DNA from: Haliotis cracherodii
Lineage: Eukaryota
Assembly (NCBI RefSeq): GCF_022045235.1
Contig: NW_027266264.1
Location: 80,600,001 to 80,664,000, forward strand
Direction of reading: 5' to 3'
DNA length: 64,000 nt
A program made the position numbers and the translations under genes. Below the pieces are notes generated by a model. The model saw only the letters and a list, made by a program, of their open reading frames with translations. It made no database searches and was not told the origin of the DNA. This document shows, in pieces, positions 38,090 through 54,823 of the stretch. The number at the start of each line of letters is the position of its first letter. Position 1 is the stretch's first letter.

Positions 38090-41000
38090 ATGGTAGGAAG
38101 TAGACTCTTCGGGCTCATTGTGGCCTTCGTAGCTTGCGCCTTGGCAGCCGACTACTTCGCTGATGAGAGAGCATGTCTCAACATCCAGCCTGGCTTGTGG
38201 GTGAGGGACGAAAACGACTGCATGGTCGCCCACCAGTGCGGCTTCGACGCCGAAATTGTTCAGTCTGTAAGATGCAACGCCAGCCAAGTGTGGTCGAAAC
38301 TGGCATCAGCCTGTGTCTGGGAGTGGGACCCCGACAGGGATGACTGTAACGGCTCACCACAAGTGCCCATCGCCAGTAAGTACACGACGACGTCGACGGT
38401 GGTCGCTATTGTCTTTTATACTAATTTAAACCTGAAACGTCGCTTAAATTCACTTGTGAACACATGTGCTAATAGAAGTTCGGAATGTATAAAACTCTAA
38501 GCTGTGAGACCAGATTAAAAGTATGATGTATTGCTACTTAACGAAACTAAGAAATCAGACTCAAGGAACCGTCTGGTTTTAATTACGCAATTAAGGTTCT
38601 TGAAAGTTTAATGCCACCGTTGTAGGTGATGTTTACCCGGACGTTACTGAGTCTAGCTGTAGTAATCGCTGCATCTAAAGTTACGTGCCATTATCTACTA
38701 AAGGGTCTTTGAAAAATTAATGATTTCTTGACTCGGAGGTGTTTCGATCATTTTCATATAATATTGAGCTAACTTTCTTCTGTGACACCCGTACTGATTT
38801 CCCAATTCGTGTTGAACTAGAACCCATTTCCTCAAACGTATCGGTGCGGAAGCGTGCGTATCTGAACAAGAATGCTCAGTAGAAGTTTATTCAGAAGATA
38901 TATAGGCGAAGGACATAGGTTACACATTAAGAAGTAGAGTGAAAATGTACACTAAATGAAGACTATAAACTGATAAACGTTTTGAGATGGTTGCATTTGA
39001 TATTAGCATAAGCACATTAATTTTGGGGATTGTTGGCTATTCATAGCATTTTAAAGGAAAGTACAAGCGTCGCAATGCTTGATATTTATTACAAATGAGT
39101 ATGAAGTGATATTCATCTTTATATAGCAGTTTACAGATATTACATCATCCCTCATGTCTTGCTTCTTCAATACACCAGCTCCTATTCCTAGTTTATAAAA
39201 ACCCGATCTAAACTGGGCAAGAGCCCATCTATGTGTCTGATAGTTGTCTGTGTGGGAAAATGGTTCAACACCACCATAGGTTCAAACAACGAGTATCTAT
39301 CTGTTCATGTGCCCTTTAATAATGCACAATGCCAATCTTGATGACACGAAACTTTAAGTCTACCTAAAAATTCAATTAAAAATAACGTTTCATTTCGACC
39401 CATCTGTTCTTGCCAAACAATCCAAACACAGACCTGCAATGTATGCTTCATCCTAGATCCCCAACTTTTACAACCGTTACTTTCCAATTGTACAATCGTA
39501 TTATCATATTTCTTGACATAACGATCATTTGACATTTTTAATATTTTACACCAATATTTATTAGACATTTTGAAGGTATAAATATACAATGGATATCTTC
39601 CACATTCGCTTATCACAACCTGGACTGACACAGAGGACGTAATTCCTAAAAATCGTTCACAAGCTGCTCAATGTCCAACTTCTATTTCCTTAACAACATA
39701 TAGTCCCCAAATGTCCTCAAAGTATAATACTATAGGGTGAACTTTGGTATAAAAAATAAAAAGTCAAGTCAAAAAGTAACGGTAAACAATGACAATGATA
39801 TAACTACAGCAGGTAATACTTGTTTAGCCTGCAAACATACGGCTTCTGTTTGCTTGGTCCCTACTAATGGCCTTCTGAATAAAATACCTAGATTTTTATA
39901 CCAGGAATAGCAGCATTTCCTGCTAATACTTGCTGCACTTTCTCTTCAGCTGCTTGGGTGGGTTCCACAAAGCTATCGTAACGTTAAGGTGATCATAACT
40001 CCAATACTTTAACATAGACTTGGCCCTAGTGATCAGTAGGATCGTTCGCACACACGCAATGTACGTCATGGTTGCCATGGAAATGTAATTATACATTATA
40101 ATATAAGTCACAAATAGTCAAAGTCTGTGATATGAGTGTACGAGCTTTAGACTACAACTTACTGCCTCGCCACTACGCATATACACCGTTCTATATCTCC
40201 TAAATCGAGAGGTTCAAACATGTTGGGTGAGACGACTTTGTTGTCGCATAAGGTGTGCTTCCGAATTGACGACAAATGTGACCGTTTATGGGAAATAATG
40301 AAGTTATTTAGGTTTGTGATTGAGATCTTTCATCACTGTACGGGGGCGAGGGTGGCCCAGTCGTCTACGGCGCCGCGATTCGCTGTGCAGAGTTGCGTCC
40401 ATTGGACATGCCAGAAACCTATGATTGTGGGTTCGAATCCCGGTTCGCCACGATTATGTTTCTAGGTTTGTCAGCACCATACCCGTGCTCGTGGGTTTCA
40501 GCGAAGTGGTAAACGTCTGAGACCTGCATCACTTGGGGCTTTCCTCCCACATTAAGCTGACACGCCGTCATATAACTGGAATACTGTTAAAAGCGGCGTT
40601 AAACCCAACTCACTCACTCATCACTATTCCAGGAATAGCGTGGTGGGTGGAGAAGTATCTGCAGTGGCCGTATTTCTGCGCTTCTCCCTATGAACGATTT
40701 TGATTTTGGCTTGTCTATACAGAGCTACGGGCTTGTCTATAGTGTGTTCCTAATACTATCAGATTGGGACTCTACCCGATCCAAGTCTGCATCGTACTTT
40801 ATATGCTTTAAGATGCATGCGTCGTGATCTAACGACAAATGCAACATGATTCACTTCCAACTGCACTTGCCTTCAGACAAGAGTATTTATAGTTTAGTTC
40901 GTTCAGCACGATGTTAATTATCGAGGTGGTAACGAGACCGGTAAAGATGTTTGATATGGCCATTGCGCTTAGCAATGGTGGCCAAAATTCCGTACTCTCT

Positions 41001-43255
41001 CGATGATTCCAACCCGATATTTAAGTACGTAGAAAGTTGCATGTTCGAAAACGTAAGTACACATATATATGAAGCCAAGTGTTTTAGGAAGCGGGTCGTG
41101 TTGTAATTTTCGTGGGATTACGACGCATAGCAGGATTGTTAGTGTGGTGTGTTCCAAATCAAATCTATTAGGAAAACGCTATGGAACAGTCTATAGCAAT
41201 AAGTCAAAATCAAACTAGTTTATAGGGGACAGCACAGAGATACGATTAACGCAGCTAGGTTTCGAACGGATAAGCCATTGGTCTACCGTCATCATTAAGA
41301 TATTCAAAGCACTTTTGGTATCTCTGTATCAATAACGCAAACACTATAAGTATATATATCCAAGTAACACCTTGTATTTCAAACCAGGGCAAGCAAGTGT
41401 TGTGTCCAGTTCTAAGAAAGGCAAATTTCATTGGTACCTTCACATTTCCTGTAAAAATATATATATTATCAATCAAACTGCTAAACGGACATAGACATTT
41501 ATTTCAATGTACTCCTTTTTACTTTACAGATGACCCCCGATGCAAGAAACAGACCGGAAACAACCCCGACCCCGAGGACTGCTCCAAGTTTGTGTCATGC
41601 GCAAACGGCACTTTGATCGCCATCCAGCGCTGCGGGGATGGAACGCTCTACTTGCCTAGGAACAACACGTGCGAGTTTGCCCACAACGTCGTCAATGAAT
41701 GCGGACCAAGGAAAGTACCTGAGACCATTGTCATCAGTAAGTTTCTTGCATCATTCTATAATTGGCTTAATAGGAGAAGCAACGTGTATGTATGAAGACC
41801 TAAGCTTGTTGATTAATGCAGCAAAAGTGTAAATAGCAGACAAGTTGTCCATCATATTTAGTGCATATTATTACATTATAACAATGTCATCTTATTCGAC
41901 CTCAAAGGGTATTAATACCTTTTGTACGCTGATGATGGCACTCTGTGGTACCTTGTACTAGCTGAAAAAGGCGCGTACACGACAGTTTTGTTTGACGTTA
42001 ATCGGCAAGATTATGTATGAAATCAGGAAACGTTTAGGTCTGGGATATTTTGATATACAGTAAACTACGGTTAAAACGAACACGCTTATAACGAACTGAC
42101 GGATATAACGAACTACTTTTTTGGTCCCGACTATTTGCTGTAGTTATGCTGTGTATATGCTTATAACCAACTACAGTTAAAACGAACTAAAATTTGTAGT
42201 CCCTTTGAGTTCGTTATAACCGTACTTTACTGTAGGTAATTCGTACAAACTGTACTGGGTCCCATTCTCAAAACGATCTTAGTACTAAGGTGATCGCAAT
42301 TCCAACACTTCAACATAGGTTTAAGATCACCGTAGTGCTCAGATCGCTCTGTGGAAAGCGTTCCTTGTCAGCAAACTGATAAACTTGATATCTAAGAGAA
42401 ATAACGATTTATTACTAATTACATGGAGGCAATGGCCACGTTTCACAAAGCAGACGTGACACTGGGGCCATCAAGTGGAGCATAGGTCTCACAGACCGCC
42501 ACGATCCCGTGAAGATTCCGGGTTAGCATTGGTCTTCAGCAACCAATGCTTGTCGTAAAAGGCGACTATGCTTGTCGTAAGAGTGAGTGAGTGAGCTTGG
42601 TTTAACGCCACTTTTAACAGTATTCCAGTTATATAACGGCGTGTCAGACTAATGTGGGAGGAAAGCCCGAAGTGATGCAGGTCTCAGACGTTTACCACTT
42701 CGGTGAAAGCTTGTCGTGAGAGGCGACTAACGGGATCGGGTGGTCAGGCTCGCTGTCTTGGTTGACGAATGTCATCGTATCATAATTGGTTGATCGATGC
42801 ACATGATGCCAATCACTGGATTGTCTGGTCCAGACTCGATTATTTACAGTCCGCTGTACAGTGCGGCGTTAAACAACAAACAAACAAACAAACTCACCGC
42901 CACCAAAGCTAGACTAAAGATATAATCAAGTCCTAATGTATGTAAAGTTCTTCATGGCACTGAACGGGATACTGGTTTCTAGGAGACAAACTTAACATCG
43001 TCAATATTATGGCAATGATATCATAAAAGGGGCTATCAAATACTAAACACGTGGTTTTTTTCAGGAGAGGAGGACCCCCTGTGTGCCCACGACGGACAGG
43101 TGCCCGACCCCGAGAGCTGCAGACACTTCATCCTGTGTCAGCATGGGCGTCGCACACAGAGAATCCAGTGCCCTCACGGCACTTCCTTCTCTCCATCAGG
43201 AAGGAAGTGCGAGTGGCATTCCTCTGTCGACTGTAACGGGAAGGGACCCTTCTAA
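38090..43255 (+). CDS. Secreted three-domain chitin-binding type-2 protein, cluster gene 4, 227 aa: join(38090..38375,41530..41736,43065..43255)
   Basis: Exon 1 has a signal peptide (MVGSRLFGLIVAFVACALA) followed by CLNIQPGLWVRDENDCMVAHQCGFDAEIVQSVRCNASQVWSKLASACVWEWDPDRDDC. Exon 2: NDPRCKKQTGNNPDPEDCSKFVSCANGTLIAIQRCGDGTLYLPRNNTCEFAHNVVNEC. Exon 3: REEDPLCAHDGQVPDPESCRHFILCQHGRRTQRIQCPHGTSFSPSGRKCEWHSSVDCNGKGPF*. Phase-1 GT-AG introns; 684 nt; cataaaa at 38035; AATAAA at 43716-43721. Confidence 0.9.
40342..40621 (+). mobile_element. SINE family A, full length
   Basis: tRNA-like head, body and (CACT)n tail. Confidence 0.85.
42058..42232. mobile_element. Tc1/mariner/pogo-type MITE, 175 bp
   Basis: TIRs and TA flanks; homologous to 351-525. 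Confidence 0.8.
42503..42893 (+). mobile_element. Family C retroposon interrupted by an antisense, 5'-truncated family A SINE (42584-42708)
   Basis: 14-bp TSD gcttgtcgt(a/g)agag at 42570-42583 and 42709-42722. Confidence 0.8.
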
Positions 43256-43763
43256 TTGCCATTAAGTGCATCTGTCTTCTGATTGGTTGGCGATCTTCGT
43301 GATCGGCAGCCATATTGTTTCTGTCTCATTTTTGAAAGTTCACCGCAAACCTCTTGATCACACATTTATCGAAGCCAAAAAATGCATTTATTAACGGGAT
43401 CAATTTGGTGACCTAAAATATCGCTTGGTTTTAACAAACAGCCTACTACCTTTTTCGACAGGTTTAAACATACGTGAAATTGTCACTGTTGTTAATTGCT
43501 GCCTAATACCTGACGGACGTTTTCCATACAGTGTCATGTTTCATCCTGTCACGTGTTCTGTGTACGAAGCTGTGCGTGGCGGTGCCCGGAGTTTCCACGC
43601 ACCATGAGTGCCATCTAGTCACCACTGTAACTGTTCCCATACCCTTGTGTACATGCGAAGTCTTTCGAATGTTTGATTGAGTGAATTGCATCTGTTTTTG
43701 CTCATTTTATGAATGAATAAATATTTGTAATTATTTTAATCTGTCTTTTGTTATTAATGAATG

Positions 43764-43905
43764 GGGACGGCGGGATGGCCTAGTGGTTAAGTGTTCGCTC
43801 ATCACGCCGAAGACCCGGTTCTATTCCCCACATGAGTACAATGTGTGAAGCTCACTCTGGTGTTCCCCACCGTGATATTGCTAAAAGCGTCAAATACAAT
43901 TCACT
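43764..43905 (+). mobile_element. SINE family B
   Basis: Matches 9817-9982. Confidence 0.7.
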
Positions 43906-44721
43906 GTCCATTAGTTAATCGAAGAAGATTCGGTGAACATACGGTGGATCTCTTAGTGTTGCGTCTTAAACACTTACACATGACTACTTGCCAAATATTG
44001 TTGTACTTACACTTTGAAGCTCGGGTAGGACCGTGGTATGTGGCTTTCTTTGTTGTAACTTCCTATAGATGTACCAATAATTGGTTATCAAACTCAATGG
44101 TCGAATACCAGATTCGTCTCGAAAATTTACCCTTGTCATATTGGGGCTCGCGTCCATTCAATAAGTTGGCCAACAACCTGCGTCACGTTTGCTTTCCTGT
44201 GACGCTTACACACCTTGACGTGACTGAAATATTGTTCACATCGGTGGTATACACACTCACAATAATCAAACATGGGGGATTCCTGCAGACGTCAACTTAA
44301 ACCTTTTTCTCTTTACACAAGCTTTTTGATTTTTCACCTGTATTTTCCATGTCTTTCTGTAAGCGCCACTGAGCAGTTGCGTGTAGCTAAAAGGCTAGAG
44401 ACTATACAAGTGCGCTATTATTACTTAACACGACGACATGAACGTGAATTCCACTTCAGTGACTCCCATGACAAAACAGCTGTAATATTCATACTTAGAC
44501 ATGTTTCTCGGGGGTTAGAGGTGAGGTAAGGTGAGGTGAGGTGAAATGAGTTTAACGTCGCGTCCAAGATTATTGCACTTATATTATGAGTGGGTTAGTA
44601 TGGTTTAGCGCCTCTTTTAGAGGTATTCTAGCAATATCCCGGCGCTTTTAACCACTAGGTTACCCGACCGCCCCTGCACTTATATAGCGACAGATATGTG
44701 TGTGTGGTGTGTGGCTGCTTG

Positions 44722-44935
44722 TTGGTTGGTTTGTTGTTTAACGCCGCACTCAGCAATATTCCATCTATATGACGGCGGTCAGTAAATAATCGAGGATGGA
44801 CATCATGAGCATCGATCTACGCAATTGTGATACGATAACATGCAACAACCAAGTCAGCGAGCCTGAGCACCCGATCCCTGTAGTCGCCTCTTACGACAAG
44901 CACAGTCGCCTTTTTACGGCAAGCTTGGGTTGCTG
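44722..44935 (-). mobile_element. Short retroposon family C
   Basis: Reverse complement match to 6693-6950. Confidence 0.75.
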
Positions 44936-45165
44936 GGCTGCTTGCACAAGTCGGGGCAAATGCTTATTTTATAGTGCTGTCCCACTGAGATACTACGCCG
45001 CAGTTTAACATGAATACCCCACTCAGACACAGTATACTCCGAGCCTACCAGGCCTTGTGCCCCTAATGCCGAACGTCATGCAGGTTAACAAGTACCATCT
45101 CTGAACGTCTTTAGGTATGATGTGGCTGGGGATTGAACACCCATCCTTCCGCTAACTGGACAGAC
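44935..45165 (-). mobile_element. tRNA-derived SINE family D (Meta-domain-like central region)
   Basis: Reverse complement contains catcatacctaaagacgttcagagatggtacttgtt...cagtgggacagcactataaaat; homologs at 47425-47650, 45913-46035 and 59422-59680. Confidence 0.65.
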
Positions 45166-45277
45166 ATCCACGGTCCAGCAATGTGGGCAATTGAACCGGG
45201 CCTTATCTTACCCAGCGAATACTTCCTCCACTAGGATGCCCCAGTCCCACTGCTTGTTAGAGCACAAGACAGGATAA

Positions 45278-45912
45278 CAAAGATAAAGATAAGATAAGAT
45301 AATATTTTATTTGCGTGTCACGCAGTATAAAAAAACATACATTCAAAGTACATAACAAAATATAAAATATACCACCCGGCCAGTTGGCCTATGAGACACG
45401 AGAGATAAAAAATAACTCAGTTTTATGTAAAGAGATTATACTAGTATCGTTTAGTGAGATACAAATGCAAAATATATACGAACGCGTGGTAACAGAACTA
45501 TTTTATAAGTACTTATTTGAAAATGTCCCATTGTTAATATCTGTTGTAACTGTTGAGGAATCCTTTAAGGAAGAATACCATTAAAACTAAATATATTTAG
45601 ACTTGTATAAACATGTGGTTAAATCCTATAAGGAAGAGTAACAATTACTTATGGATCACAAGTGCACTATTTACAATGCAAGTTGAAATTTTCTTCTTTT
45701 ATACATAGCAGTAACAACTTCGGCTAGGGGAATAGCTAGAGTATCATTCTGCATAACATATATAAATTGGTCTTCTGGGGTTAAACTTCTTAGACAAGTA
45801 TGTAATGGAGGAAACAAATGAGAATAGTCATATCGTAGATCAGAGTAGTATTCACATTCTGTGAGGAAATGTACTTCGTGTTCGACACACTGTCGGTCAC
45901 ATAACCTACAAG
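45278..45912 (-). mobile_element. 3' end of a LINE (C-terminal CCHC region, 3' UTR and (ATCTT)n tail)
   Basis: Reads CRLCDRQCVEHEVHFLTECEYYSDLR...AMYKRRK; minus strand ends aataaaatattatcttatcttatc. Confidence 0.7.
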
Positions 45913-47424
45913 TACTACTCGTAACAACAAGTACGTCTCTTAACGTCTTTTGGTATGACGCGGCCGGGATTCGAACACCGGACCTACCGTCTCCGGGTTG
46001 ACGCCCTACCACTAGACCATGGGGGCGGTCCTCGGCTATTTGAGGAACCGACTGCGTATGCGCGGTCAGAAAGTACATTTTATAGCGTCAGAAGGAGACA
46101 TGTTTTACATCAAGATAAACACTAGTCCAAAGGGGTAAATATTTCCACACGTGTCTTTTTGTCTGTCACATGATAGGGTTGACAGCAGGGCCCGTCTCCA
46201 AACACATTTTGGTGTCAACTGATGTCATACGAGGATTGTTTTTCTTGTTCCTCTATGATCTATGACAAGTCTTTGTCATCTTGCTCCTGTATAACTTGCA
46301 GGAGCGTGTATATCACACTGTTGTCAAACATCTCTTCATTCAGTCTACGACCTCTTCCTAAATTTACATTTGCAACGACCCCTACTTTGTACGACTTCAT
46401 CAAACACAATAGCGTGATAACCTCTTTATCATATAATGTCATTCTTTAATTCTGCGCTTCAAAATCGCTTTCCCTCTCACTTACATTACCGAAACATTGA
46501 GAGTTTTCCTGCAATGCGCGCATTAATATTTATTACGTCACAGGGTAAGTGATGTGTCACTCGGACAATGACAGTAGCCAATATTAGTTCCAACTGAAAT
46601 CTGTTTCTTATACGGTGGCGAAGCAACATATACGCAAAACAACAAGTGTTTTTAATTGCCTTTCGCGGCAATCCATCTCTCTGTCCGCTAGAGTAACTGC
46701 CCTTTGTCAAAGGGAAGCTACTCTAACCCTAGTCTATGAGACGTCACGGCCATGGTCATAACGTTAAGAAGTGTAGTCAGATGTACACAGAGCGACAAAA
46801 CGAAACAAGGTAACAATTCAAACATATTTCGGCCAAATCCAACTATTTCAATTTGTGGAGATGGTTTCAAGCCGCAGAGGTCTACCAGTCATGGCTACTG
46901 ATCCCGCTTGGCTAGGCCTCGTGCCCTCGCAAAATTGTTTCGAAATTTATATCTCCAAAATTGCCAAAACTTATAAAATGCTTTAGCTACGTCACAGTTA
47001 GACACTGATTTTCAGTATATTAGACTGTTCTTTTGATAATGATAGCAATTATCTCTGTAGTTTATCCAGATTCCCGATGGTTAATTCTTACTCGATTGCC
47101 GAATGACGAGGGCGACGCCATGTTCGTTTATAAACAGTGAAAGTAGTCCCTACTTGACCTTGATATTTGCATCTCTATCCGCATATGACCCCAACGGATA
47201 TCGTTTTTATCCGTTGGCTTTATCCTGCCGAGAAACCTACCCATTATATGATAATAGTCATTATCCAGAAGTTATAGAACTTGCTTTTTGTCTACCTGCT
47301 CCTTGCATCTTTATCTTATAGTTGAGTGAGTGAGTAGGGTTTTACTCTGCTTTCAGCAATATTCCAGCAATATCAACCTCGGGGACACAAGAAATGGGCT
47401 TCACACATACCAATCTGGGGCATG

Positions 47425-47650
47425 CAGTGTGTGTGGCTGCTTGTACTAGTCCGGACTAATGCCATTATATAGTGCTAGCCCACTGAGATACCATGCCACA
47501 GTTTAACGTGAATATCCCACTCAAGACACAATATACTGACTCCGAGCTGACCAGTCCTTGTGCCCCTAATGCCGAACGTCATGCAGGTTAACAAGTACCA
47601 TCTCTGAACGTCTTTAGGTATGATGTGGCTGGGGATCAAACACCCATCCA
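47425..47650 (-). mobile_element. SINE family D
   Basis: Reverse complement match to 59422-59680. Confidence 0.65.
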
Positions 47651-48765
47651 CGGTCCAGCAATGTGGGCAATTGAACCGGGCCTTATCTTACCCAGGGAAT
47701 ACTTCCTCCACTAGGATGCCCCAGTCCCACTGCTTGTTAGAGTGCTTTCTTGTAGGGAGATTTCCACGTAGGTTCCAGAAAAACAGCAAATATCCACTTT
47801 GATCCTATTTATTTCTTAATGTGGACTTTTCATCACAAATCAACAACACACTCAACATACCAATATGGGCTTCTCGAAAGATCTTTGTATGAGAAAAACA
47901 AATAAAAAATATATTGTTTGAATTCAAGGTGTGGACAAAGCATAAGGATCCATTGTGACTGACAAGATCAGCATAATTTAAGAAATGACCAAATCTTTTA
48001 AATAGATATCATTATGAAAATTATCAGAGGTGTTAACATAAATGAGAATTACACAATAATTTCCATAAAAATATTTCAAAGTTTTCAAAAACCTTAAAAT
48101 TTGAAATTTCCAGAGGGCTAATAGGCCCTGATCACATCAAGTCCTTTTGTTCCAAATGAAATGCTTAAATCTTCATTCAAACTTTAAACCAGTCCAAACA
48201 CTAGCCTGGACACAGTTTCTGAGATGATAAACCTTGAACTATGTCAACATGAACAACAAATCATACAACATGCTCATTCAACAAGGGAAAGGAATATGCC
48301 ATTATACACTCTCTTAATCATGTTTCAGTATTCTCTTGTATCTTCTATCAGATGAAACTGAAAACAATGAAAAGCTTGAAAGTTACTAGAAGCCAAATCT
48401 CCAGCAGTGTCTCCGATTATCTGGTACCATCAACCCACACCCAGCATCTGTAGCTTCCACAACAACAAAGCCCAACCCTAATGTGGTCAGATAATCACAA
48501 ACACTCATCGACATGCTTGTAGGGAGTCAATATAAGAGTTGCATACTGGTAGTCTATAAAGATTTATATAAGACTCCTAAATACTTCTCCCCGTTATATC
48601 AACAGCTGGTACATTTCACTCTCCGACGCTAAACTTCACTCCAGAGCATTGCAAGCCTACCATCATGGTAAATATGCAGATAAAGTAATGATGTGTTGAC
48701 AATTGACCACATAATCCCCCATTAATTGCCTCTGCTAGTAACAGCTAGTAACAGCAGACATTTTG

Positions 48766-48969
48766 TTGTTTGTTGTTTAATGCTGCACTCAGCAATATTT
48801 CAGCTTTATGACGGCGGTCTGTAAATAATCGGGTCTGGACCAGACAATCCAGTGATTGATCATGAGCATCGATCCACACAATTGGGATAGATGACATGCA
48901 TCAACCAAGTCAGCGAGTCTGATCACCCGATCCCGTTAGTCGCCTCTTACGACAAGCACAGTCACGGGT
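48766..48969 (-). mobile_element. Short retroposon family C with TSD
   Basis: Flanked by the direct repeat cagcagacattttg. Confidence 0.8.
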
Positions 48970-49502
48970 CAGCAGACATTTTGGCCACCTAACCCCCATT
49001 AACTGCCTCTGCTAGAAACAGCAGACATTTTGGCCACCATGGTGTCCTCTCATTGCAGGCAGGAAGCAAGAGGAAGCGGCAGCTTCTGTGCAGTGATTTC
49101 TGACAACATGATCAGCACATTGGGGTCATACAATCACATATAACGATATCATGGTTATTACTTCATCATCAACATCGTCGTGGTAACTGCTACATAGTTA
49201 GCCTACATCACTTCCTCTAGGCTTCCAAATGACAAGCCGACAAAATGGTCATGTTTGTAGCTGCCATACAGAGATGTGAAAACTGAGGGCTGAAAACTTG
49301 AGCTCATGGTGGACAGTGACTAGTCCGGTCATGGTGATAATCCGTCAAGCAGTGGACCTGCCCATATCAAAGAAACAAGATGGGTTTCATGTCCCATCCG
49401 GCATGTTAGTTTTCAGACAGACTAAAAAAGTCTCGAGTCTGTCAAGATATCTGCAGTACATTTGACAAGTTGGAGCCAGCACACAGCCAGCCTCCCTGTG
49501 TG

Positions 49503-54823
<5,321 letters not shown>

